This document shows positions 24,840 through 32,000 of a DNA stretch of 32,000 nucleotides, piece after piece. Every line of letters starts with the position of its first letter. Positions within the stretch are counted from its first letter, which is position 1. This DNA comes from Mycolicibacterium smegmatis (lineage in GTDB: Bacteria > Actinomycetota > Actinomycetes > Mycobacteriales > Mycobacteriaceae), in NCBI RefSeq assembly GCF_001457595.1, contig NZ_LN831039.1, positions 6,090,001 to 6,122,000 of the forward strand, in the 5' to 3' direction. Both the position numbers and the translations under genes were made by a program. The notes under the pieces were generated by a model. That model saw nothing but the letters and a program-made list of their open reading frames with translations, was not told the DNA's origin and ran no database searches.

Positions 24840-26984
24840 TCAGCGCGGCAGGCCCAGCAGCCGCTCACCGGCCAACGTCAGCAGGATCTGCTCGGTGCCA
24901 CCGGCGATGGTCAGGCAGCGGGTGTTGAGGAACGTGTGGACCTCGCGGTTGCGCACGGCGCCGCCACCCTCGGTGAGCTCCATGTGGAACTCCGCGAGCG
25001 CCTGCCGGTACCGCACGCCGATCAGTTTGCGTGCGCTGGCCTGCGCTCCGGTGTCCTGGCCGCTGACGGCCAGCTGCGCGATGCGCTGATCCAGCAGTGA
25101 GCCCACCTGCGCAGTGACGATCAGCGCGCCCAGACGGTCCTGGTCGGCCGGGTCGAACTCGGGCTGCGCCTCCACCGCGCGCAGCACCTCCTCCATCGGG
25201 TTGCCCAGCGCGGTACCGCCTGCCATCGCCACGCGCTCGTTGGCCAGCGTGGTGCGCGCGAGCCGCCAGCCGTCGTTGACCGTGCCGACGACCATGGTGT
25301 CGGGCACGAACACGTCGTCGAAGAAGACCTCGTTGAACAGCTCGTCGCCGGTGATTTCACGCAGCGGGCGGATCACGATGCCCGGGGTCTTCATGTCGAC
25401 GAGGAAGTACGTGATGCCCTTGTGCTTCGGGGCATCCGGGTCCGTACGTGCCAGGCACACACCCCAGTGCGCGTTCTGCGCGGCGGAGGTCCACACCTTC
25501 TGACCCGTGAGCTTCCATCCCGGCTCACCGTTCGGCCCCTCGGCGCGAACCGCTTTCGTGCGCAGCGCCGCGAGATCCGAACCCGCGCCCGGCTCGGAGA
25601 ACAGCTGGCACCAGAACAGGTCACCGCGCAGCGTTGCGGGCACGAACTGCTCGATCTGCTCGGGGCTGCCGTGCTCGAGGATGGTCGGCACGGCCCACCA
25701 CCCGATCACCAGATCGGGCCGCTCGACCTCGGCCGCGGCGAGTTCCTGGTCAATCAGCAACTGCTCGGCCGGCGAGGCGTTGCGGCCGTATGGCTTCGGC
25801 CAGTGCGGCGCCAGCAGGCCCGATTCGGCCAGCGCGACCTGACGCTTCTCTTCCGGCAGCGCAGCGACCTCGGCCACCGCGGCGCTGATCTCGGGCCGCA
25901 GATCGGCCACCGACTCCAGGTCGATGTCGATGTCCCGGCGGGCGCCCTGCCGCGTCAACGCCGCGACGCGTCGCACCCAGCGGCGGCTGCCGCCGAGGAA
26001 ATGCGCGATGCCGTAGGCACGCCGCAGGTACAGGTGCGCGTCGTGCTCCCACGTGATGCCGATGCCGCCGAGCACCTGGATGCAGTCCTTGGCGTTGGCC
26101 TTGGCCGCGTCGATGCCGGTGGCGACGGCCACCGCGGCCGCGATCGACAACTGCGTCGCGGAGTCGGACCCGTCCGACTCGGCCACGGCCTTCGCGGCGT
26201 CGGCCGCGGCGACCGCGATCTGCTCGGAGCGCAGCAGCATCTCGGCGCACATGTGCTTGATCGCCTGGAAGCTGCCGATCGGCTTGCCGAACTGTTCGCG
26301 CACCTTCGCGTACTCGGTCGCGGTGTTCAGCGTCCACCGCGCCAATCCGGCCGCCTCGGCCGCCAGCAGCGTGGCGGCCAGATCGGAGAAGCGCTGCCGC
26401 GACACCGGCAGCACCTCGGCGGGTGCGTTGTCCAGCTCGACGCGTGCCAGCGGGATCGAGAAGTCCGTCGCGGTGAGCGGTTCCACGCTCACCCCGTCGG
26501 CACCGGCGTCGAGCAGCAGCACATCGTCGCCCGCGGGCAGCAGCAGCACCCCGGCCGCATCGGCGCCGAGCACGAATTCGACTGTGCCGGAAGCACATCC
26601 GTCGACGACGGTGACATCGGCGCTCAGCGCGGCACCGGCCGTGCGCTCTCCGGACATCAGGGCCTCAAGCAGCCCCGTGTCGGTGACCAGCAGGGTCGCC
26701 AGCGCGGTCGTGACCACGGGCCCCGGCACCAGCGCCGCGGCGGCCTCGTCGATCATCGCGGCGAGGTCGGCGACCGTACTGCCGGCTCCGCCGAGCTCAT
26801 CGGGCACGGCGACGCCGAAGATGCCGAGTTCGGCGAAACCCTGATACGCCGCCCGCCACGCCTGGGGGTCGGTCTCGGACTCCCGCACGGCCGCGACCGC
26901 GCCGGACGCCGACGCCCAGCTGCGGACCATATCGCGGGCGGCGAACTCCTCGGAGGTGCCCGCCCCCGCCGACAACAGTGACAC
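24840..26984 (-). CDS. fadE34: Fused double acyl-CoA dehydrogenase (FadE34-type)
   Basis: Two tandem ACAD-like halves in about 714 aa. The C-terminal half has a canonical FSEPGAGSD...KVWTSAA beta-domain, while the N-terminal half is degenerate there. The start is taken as the GTG at 26984, 6 nt after AGGAG; the TTG at 26990 directly abuts the RBS. Confidence 0.85.
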   Translation of the reverse strand: MSLLSAGAGTSEEFAARDMVRSWASASGAVAAVRESETDPQAWRAAYQGFAELGIFGVAVPDELGGAGSTVADLAAMIDEAAAALVPGPVVTTALATLLVTDTGLLEALMSGERTAGAALSADVTVVDGCASGTVEFVLGADAAGVLLLPAGDDVLLLDAGADGVSVEPLTATDFSIPLARVELDNAPAEVLPVSRQRFSDLAATLLAAEAAGLARWTLNTATEYAKVREQFGKPIGSFQAIKHMCAEMLLRSEQIAVAAADAAKAVAESDGSDSATQLSIAAAVAVATGIDAAKANAKDCIQVLGGIGITWEHDAHLYLRRAYGIAHFLGGSRRWVRRVAALTRQGARRDIDIDLESVADLRPEISAAVAEVAALPEEKRQVALAESGLLAPHWPKPYGRNASPAEQLLIDQELAAAEVERPDLVIGWWAVPTILEHGSPEQIEQFVPATLRGDLFWCQLFSEPGAGSDLAALRTKAVRAEGPNGEPGWKLTGQKVWTSAAQNAHWGVCLARTDPDAPKHKGITYFLVDMKTPGIVIRPLREITGDELFNEVFFDDVFVPDTMVVGTVNDGWRLARTTLANERVAMAGGTALGNPMEEVLRAVEAQPEFDPADQDRLGALIVTAQVGSLLDQRIAQLAVSGQDTGAQASARKLIGVRYRQALAEFHMELTEGGGAVRNREVHTFLNTRCLTIAGGTEQILLTLAGERLLGLPR

Positions 26985-27026
26985 AGTCAACTCCTAGCCG
27001 TAGTGCGAGAAGTCCATGCTTCTCAC

Positions 27027-27040
27027 TAGAACGTGTTCTA
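27027..27040. promoter_or_regulatory. KstR operator, perfect palindrome TAGAACGTGTTCTA
   Basis: Perfect 14-bp match to TnnAACnnGTTnnA in the fadE34 / kstR divergent region. It lies 43 nt from the fadE34 start and 141 nt from the kstR ATG. Confidence 0.8.
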
Positions 27041-27180
27041 ATAGTGACAGCGTTCGACCGTCAAGTCGACCCGCATCCAGGCTGAGTACGTCGCCGTTCA
27101 CCAGCTTGGGAATGTAGGAATAGAGAGCTGCGTGCTTATCGTTCTCGTTAAGCCCGCATCGAGAAGGAGCCGCCCGTCCC

Positions 27181-27861
27181 ATGGCCGGAAACTCACAGCC
27201 AACACGGCCCGAGCCGTCGTCCGGGTCGGACTTGAAACCACGTGAGGTGACCAACGTGGCGGTTCTCTCCGAGTCCGAACTGGGCTCGGAAGCCCAGCGC
27301 GAACGGCGCAAGCGCATTCTCGACGCGACGCTGGCCATCGCCTCCAAGGGTGGCTACGAGGCAGTGCAGATGCGCGCGGTGGCCGAACGCGCCGATGTCG
27401 CGGTGGGCACGCTGTACCGCTACTTCCCGTCGAAGGTGCACCTGCTGGTCTCGGCACTCGGACGCGAATTCGAACGCATCGACGCCAAGACCGACCGCGC
27501 CGCGCTGGCCGGCGGCACGCCGTATCAGCGGCTCAACTTCATGGTCGGCAAGCTCAACCGCGCCATGCAGCGCAATCCCCTGCTCACCGAGGCCATGACC
27601 CGCGCGTTCGTGTTCGCCGACGCCTCGGCCGCGGGCGAGGTGGATCACGTCGGCAAGCTCATGGACTCGATGTTCGCGCGTGCCATGAGCGACGGCGAAC
27701 CCACCGAGGACCAGTACCACATCGCCCGCGTGATCTCGGATGTGTGGCTGTCGAACCTGCTGGCCTGGCTCACCCGGCGCGCCTCGGCCACCGACGTGAG
27801 CAAGCGCCTCGACCTCGCCGTGCGCCTGCTGATCGGCACCGAGGAGCAACCTAAGATCTAG
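27181..27861 (+). CDS. kstR: TetR-family repressor of cholesterol catabolism
   Basis: RERRKRILDATLAIASKGGYEAVQMRAVAERADVAVGTLYRYFPSKVHLLVSALGREF... is near-identical to recalled KstR. ATG at 27181 has GAAGGAG 11 nt upstream. The GTG at 27256 (VAVLSESELG) is a plausible shorter start. Confidence 0.9.
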   Translation: MAGNSQPTRPEPSSGSDLKPREVTNVAVLSESELGSEAQRERRKRILDATLAIASKGGYEAVQMRAVAERADVAVGTLYRYFPSKVHLLVSALGREFERIDAKTDRAALAGGTPYQRLNFMVGKLNRAMQRNPLLTEAMTRAFVFADASAAGEVDHVGKLMDSMFARAMSDGEPTEDQYHIARVISDVWLSNLLAWLTRRASATDVSKRLDLAVRLLIGTEEQPKI

Positions 27862-27864
27862 CGG

Positions 27865-28614
27865 GTGAGTCTTTCGGGGGATCTGCAGCGCGCGCTCACC
27901 GCGGTCGCTGCCACACCGCACCTGCTGGTCACATCCGATTTCGACGGCACACTCGCGCCGATCGTCAACAACCCCGCCGACGCGCGGCCGCTCGCCGATG
28001 CCGCCGAGGCCCTCGCCGCACTCGCGGAACTGCCGCAGACCGCCTCGGCGCTGATCTCCGGACGTGCCCTCGAGGTGCTGCGCGCATTGTCCGGGATGCC
28101 GGACACGGTGCACCTGGTGGGAAGCCACGGCGCGGAGTTCACCTCCGGGTTCGGCCACGACATCGACACCGCTCTGCTGCAACGGATCACCGATCGGCTC
28201 CACACGATCGCATCGGGCAGGCCCGGTGTCACCGTGGAGACCAAACCGGCAAGCGTTGCGCTGCACGTGCGTAACGCCTCGCCCGAACACGGCGCGGCCG
28301 CGTTGACCGAGGCACGCACGGCCGCCGCGGAGTGGGACGCTCAGCTCACCGAGGGCAAGGCAGTGCTCGAATTCGCGGTTATCCAGACCGACAAGGGTGA
28401 GGCGGTCGACATCCTGCGGCAACAGGAAAACGCCACGGCAGTGGTGTTTTTCGGCGACGACGTCACCGACGAGAAGGCGTTCCGCCGGTTGCGCGGCGAC
28501 GACGTCGGCGTCAAGGTCGGACCGGGTGAGAGCCTCGCGGCGTACCGTGTCGACTCACCGGAAGACGTTGCCGCAGCGCTTGATCACCTTCTCGCCGTGC
28601 GCCGCGGCGCATAG
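27865..28614 (+). CDS. otsB: Trehalose-6-phosphate-phosphatase-like HAD-IIB hydrolase (short, phosphatase domain only)
   Basis: GTG at 27865 lies 3 nt after the kstR stop. HAD motif I is SDFDGTLAP, and GDDVTDE is the late Asp motif. The overall pattern matches TPP family proteins. Confidence 0.75.
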   Translation: MSLSGDLQRALTAVAATPHLLVTSDFDGTLAPIVNNPADARPLADAAEALAALAELPQTASALISGRALEVLRALSGMPDTVHLVGSHGAEFTSGFGHDIDTALLQRITDRLHTIASGRPGVTVETKPASVALHVRNASPEHGAAALTEARTAAAEWDAQLTEGKAVLEFAVIQTDKGEAVDILRQQENATAVVFFGDDVTDEKAFRRLRGDDVGVKVGPGESLAAYRVDSPEDVAAALDHLLAVRRGA

Positions 28615-29715
28615 TCACGCCGGCGGACCGGACGTCCGGCCGCGCACCACCTCGGTCTCCAGAACGTCGATCACCGGCAGACCCGATCCTGGTGGATTGT
28701 GCAGCAAATGCCCGGCGCGACGGCCTTTTTCCATGCTGGGCTGCTTCACGGTGGTCAACCCGCGACGCAGCGCGTCGCGCACCCCGTCGAAGCCCGTCAC
28801 GGTCATGTGGCCGGGCACGTAGATGCCGCGCGACCGCAGGTGATCCATCGCCGAGAGGGCCAGCACGTCGGCCGTACACATCAGCGCCGTGATACGCGGG
28901 TTCACCTCCAGCGCCACCTCGGCAGCCGCGCCTCCGGACGTGGGCAGGTGCTCATAGCTCTCGACGACGGTCAATGACGACGGGTCCAAACCGGCCGCGG
29001 ACATCGCGTCGTACACGCCGTGGATGCGTTCGCGTTGTACGTGGAAATGTGGTGAGAGCACCCGTTCCGGGTCGGCGAGTGCCGGACGCGGATCACCGTG
29101 GGGCCAGTCGCGTCCCAGCCGCATGGTGAGCAGGCCGATGTCGCGGTGACCGAGTTCCAGGACGTACTCGGCGAGTTCGCGCATGGCCCCGCGATCGTCG
29201 ATGCTGATGCGAGAGACCCCTGGCACGTCCTTCGGTTGGTCGACCACCACCATCGGCAACTGACGTTGCTGCAACACAGGCAGATACGGATCGTCGTCGG
29301 ACGCCGAGTAGACCACGAACCCGTCGACACCCGCCGCGAGCACGGAATTGGACCCCTCTTCGAAGGTGCGGTTGGGCCCGACGGCGACCAACAGCAGGCC
29401 CTGCCCGGCTTCCTCACACGATTCGGCAAGACCGGCAACGAAATCGAGTGCGGCGGGATCGCTGAACGAATAGTCGAGCGGTTCGGTGATCATGAGACCG
29501 ACCGCACCGGCCTTGCGGGTGCGCAGTGACCGTGCCACCGGGTCCGGGCCCGGATATCCGAGCCGCTTGGCCGCGTCGAAGATGCGCTCGCGCAGATCCG
29601 CCGACAATTGATCGGGGCGGTTGTACGCGTTGGAGATCGTGGTACGCGAAACCTTCAACTCGGCTGCCAAAGAGGCCAGCGTGGCCCGCCGGGGCGGATG
29701 TGGACTCCGTGGCAT
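28615..29715 (-). CDS. LacI-family transcriptional regulator
   Basis: N-terminal HTH ATLASLAAELKVSRTTISNAYNRPDQLSADLRERIFDAAKRLGY plus a periplasmic-binding-protein-like sugar-binding core. Its stop codon directly abuts the stop of the otsB-like gene. Confidence 0.85.
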   Translation of the reverse strand: MPRSPHPPRRATLASLAAELKVSRTTISNAYNRPDQLSADLRERIFDAAKRLGYPGPDPVARSLRTRKAGAVGLMITEPLDYSFSDPAALDFVAGLAESCEEAGQGLLLVAVGPNRTFEEGSNSVLAAGVDGFVVYSASDDDPYLPVLQQRQLPMVVVDQPKDVPGVSRISIDDRGAMRELAEYVLELGHRDIGLLTMRLGRDWPHGDPRPALADPERVLSPHFHVQRERIHGVYDAMSAAGLDPSSLTVVESYEHLPTSGGAAAEVALEVNPRITALMCTADVLALSAMDHLRSRGIYVPGHMTVTGFDGVRDALRRGLTTVKQPSMEKGRRAGHLLHNPPGSGLPVIDVLETEVVRGRTSGPPA

Positions 29716-29763
29716 GCCCTCTGAGCGTAGTAGATGGCCCGTCCCCGCCCGTGACCGAGGGGT

Positions 29764-30636
29764 TTACGGGCGCGCCACCGCCGACCGCCTGGCGCGGTTC
29801 GCCGCCCACACAACGAACCAGAACACGCACGCGATGGTCACGATCACGAAACTCGGCGGCAGGTTGAACACCGCCGAGAGCACCAGACCGGCCCACACCG
29901 AGAGCAGACTGATCACGGTCGAGATCGCCATCGCCAGCCGGGGCTGGGCCGTGAGCGTGATCGCCGTCGCGGCCGGTGTCACCACGAGCGCGAACAGCAG
30001 CAGCGTGCCGACGGCCTGCACGGCCATCGTGACCGCGACGCCCAGCAGCACCATGAACACCACCGACAGTGTGCGCACCGGGACACCCTTGGCCTCGGCG
30101 ACCTGAGCGTTGACCGACGCGAACAGCAGTGGACGGTAGATGAATACGATCGCGGCGGCCAACACGAGCAGCAGCGCCGTGAACGTCAGCAGCTGCTCGT
30201 GTGTGATCGCCAGCAGATTTCCGAAGAGCACGTTGGTGAGCGTCGAGGAGTTCTTGGTGGCCAGCGAGTTGAAGAACAACCCGAAGCCGGTCGCCAGTGC
30301 CAGGACGGTGCCGGTCGCGACCTCACGGTCGTGCGCCTGCTTGCCGAGGGCGCCGATCACCACGGCACCCGCGACGCAGAACACACCGAGGCCGAGCACC
30401 GCGGGCAGCCCGAGCAGCGCGGCGCCGGTGGCACCGGGAAGGCCGATGTGTGCCAGAGCGTGGGCCGCGAAGGCGGTGTTGCGCACGATGATGAAGTAGC
30501 CGATCAGCCCGGCCGCGAGCGCCACCAGGGTGCCGCCGATCAGCGCGTTGCGCATGAACGCCGATCCGAGGATGTGCAACCAGTTGTGCTGGTAGCCGAT
30601 CGCCAGATACGTCTGCGCCAGATCGCCCGGCGGCAT
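29764..30636 (-). CDS. znuB: Metal (Zn/Mn-type) ABC transporter permease
   Basis: A hydrophobic ABC-3 family permease. The ATG at 30636 overlaps the ATPase stop (TGATG) with AGGAG 6 nt upstream; the GTG at 30639 is an alternative. Confidence 0.8.
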   Translation of the reverse strand: MPPGDLAQTYLAIGYQHNWLHILGSAFMRNALIGGTLVALAAGLIGYFIIVRNTAFAAHALAHIGLPGATGAALLGLPAVLGLGVFCVAGAVVIGALGKQAHDREVATGTVLALATGFGLFFNSLATKNSSTLTNVLFGNLLAITHEQLLTFTALLLVLAAAIVFIYRPLLFASVNAQVAEAKGVPVRTLSVVFMVLLGVAVTMAVQAVGTLLLFALVVTPAATAITLTAQPRLAMAISTVISLLSVWAGLVLSAVFNLPPSFVIVTIACVFWFVVWAANRARRSAVARP

Positions 30637-31415
30637 CACTCGCTCCTCATGTACATCTGCCCCTGCAGGGTGTTGGCGACCTGCACCTTGGTGCCGTACA
30701 GATGCGTGAGCAGGTCTGCGTTGACGACGTCCATGGGCGCGTGGTGGGCGTGCCCGTCGAGCAGGTAGATGGCGCTGTCGAGCACGCTCAGCAGCGGGTT
30801 GAGGTCGTGCGCGACGACGATGATGGTCACCTGGTACTCGGAGTTGACCCGCGCGAGAAGCTGCACGATCTCGTGCTGGCTGCGCAGGTCGAGCGCCGCG
30901 AGCGGCTCGTCGAGGATCAGCATCCGCGGATGTGCCACCAGCGCGTTGGCCAGCGCGATGCGCTGACGCTGTCCGCCGGACAGTTGCGAGACGCGGCGGT
31001 CGGCGAACTCGGTGGCCTCGACAGCTGCGAGCGCCTGGTCGACCCTGGCCTTCTCCTCGGCCGTGACCCGGCGCATCCCCCAGCGGTGACCGGTGAGCCC
31101 GAGCGTCACGGCGTCACGCGCGCGGATCGCCTCGCCCGCGCCCGCCACGTAGTCCTGCGGCACGTACCCGATCTGGTCGTTGTGCTCGCCTGGCCTGCCG
31201 CCGAGCACGCGCACCGAACCCGACGCGACCGGCAGCAGGCCCAGGATGACCTGCAGCATGGTCGACTTGCCGGAACCGTTGGACCCGATCAGCGCGACGA
31301 TGCCGCCGGAGGGGATGGTGAACGTGCCCTCCGACCAGATCAGGCGACCGCCCCGCACGACGCTGACGTCGTCGAAGACCAGCGCGGGTTCGGTTTCGGC
31401 GTTATGACTCGACAC
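30636..31415 (-). CDS. znuC: Metal ABC transporter ATP-binding protein
   Basis: Walker A GSNGSGKST, signature LSGGQRQR and Walker B LILDEPLAALD. The GTG start at 31415 overlaps the end of the binding-protein gene by 14 nt. Confidence 0.85.
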   Translation of the reverse strand: MSSHNAETEPALVFDDVSVVRGGRLIWSEGTFTIPSGGIVALIGSNGSGKSTMLQVILGLLPVASGSVRVLGGRPGEHNDQIGYVPQDYVAGAGEAIRARDAVTLGLTGHRWGMRRVTAEEKARVDQALAAVEATEFADRRVSQLSGGQRQRIALANALVAHPRMLILDEPLAALDLRSQHEIVQLLARVNSEYQVTIIVVAHDLNPLLSVLDSAIYLLDGHAHHAPMDVVNADLLTHLYGTKVQVANTLQGQMYMRSE

Positions 31416-32000
31416 CGAGCGCCTTGGCCAGTGCAGTGAGTTGGTCCACCTGCCAAGCCTCGAACGAATCGGCGCCAGGCGCCACCGTTTCGGTCACTTC
31501 GACCACCGGGATGCCCGCGCTCTCGGCCGCGGTGCGCAGCTGCTGCGGCACCGAGCCCTCGGTCTGGACGTTGTAGATGAGCACGTCCACGCCGCGGTTC
31601 TCCAGCAGGGTCAAAAACGCGTCGAAATCGGCGGGCGACGGGTCGGTCTCGTTCGACGAGGCGACCTGGTAACCGGGTGGGGTGCGGTCGGTCAGGCCGA
31701 CGGCCGCCGCCATGTCGTCGAACACCGCTTCGGTTGCCGCGTATGTCTTGCCGGAGGCCTTGGCCTTGATGTCGTCGATGAGCTGGTTGTACGGCTTCAT
31801 CGATTCGGTGAACGCCGCGCGCCGCTCGGCGAAATAGTCCTTGGCCTCCGGCGCCAGATCACCGAGTTTCGCGGTCACCTCGTCGGCGACGGTGGTCACC
31901 GCGGCCGGGCTGTACCAGGCGTGCGGGTTGACGCCCTCTTCCGCGTGCGCGTGGCCGTGTTCGTCGTGCCCGTGGTCATGGGCGTCGTCTTCGTGCGCAC
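31402..32000 (-). CDS. znuA: Metal ABC substrate-binding protein with His-rich loop (partial; N-terminus beyond the window edge)
   Basis: The frame stays open upstream of the track's GTG (31899) to the window edge. It reads ...AHEDDAHDHGHDEHGHAHAEEGVNPHAWYSPAAV..., that is, a His/Asp/Glu-rich loop followed by the conserved NPHAW motif of cluster A-I binding proteins. TAA stop at 31402. Confidence 0.8.
   Translation of the reverse strand, partial: AHEDDAHDHGHDEHGHAHAEEGVNPHAWYSPAAVTTVADEVTAKLGDLAPEAKDYFAERRAAFTESMKPYNQLIDDIKAKASGKTYAATEAVFDDMAAAVGLTDRTPPGYQVASSNETDPSPADFDAFLTLLENRGVDVLIYNVQTEGSVPQQLRTAAESAGIPVVEVTETVAPGADSFEAWQVDQLTALAKALGVES

Overview
High-GC actinobacterial chromosomal segment. 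Gene content and order look like a fast-growing mycobacterium of the Mycolicibacterium smegmatis type; this is recognition from memory, not a database hit. Most of the window is tightly packed catabolic operons. From left to right: (1) the tail of an aminotransferase-like gene. (2) A minus-strand xylose operon, xylA-xylF-xylG-xylH, with a divergent ROK-family regulator. (3) A small accessory islet made of an IS110-family insertion sequence with a long structured 5' non-coding arm, followed by a DUF222/HNH (REP13E12-type) gene. (4) A ketone-body operon (MFS transporter, 3-hydroxybutyrate dehydrogenase, acetoacetyl-CoA synthetase) with a divergent LysR regulator. (5) An alpha/beta hydrolase. (6) A cytochrome P450, a TetR regulator and a carveol-dehydrogenase-like SDR that share a palindromic operator. 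(7) An orphan gene for an exported protein with an acidic linker and an Ala/Lys-rich basic tail, bracketed by hairpin terminators and preceded by an AT-rich promoter island. (8) The cholesterol ring-degradation block hsaA-hsaD-hsaC-hsaB, kshB, an Rv3572-like secreted protein, fadE34 and kstR, with three recognisable KstR operators. (9) A short trehalose-phosphatase-like HAD gene and a LacI regulator. (10) A znuA-znuC-znuB-type metal ABC importer, with znuA running off the right edge. I saw no rRNA, tRNA or CRISPR array and no recognisable defence system. The most unusual loci are the IS110 non-coding arm (candidate bridge RNA), the TetR/P450/SDR mini-regulon and the tripartite exported protein. 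I do not see compelling evidence for a wholly new multi-gene system. Many long ORFs in the supplied track are high-GC shadow frames, and several real genes needed their starts trimmed.
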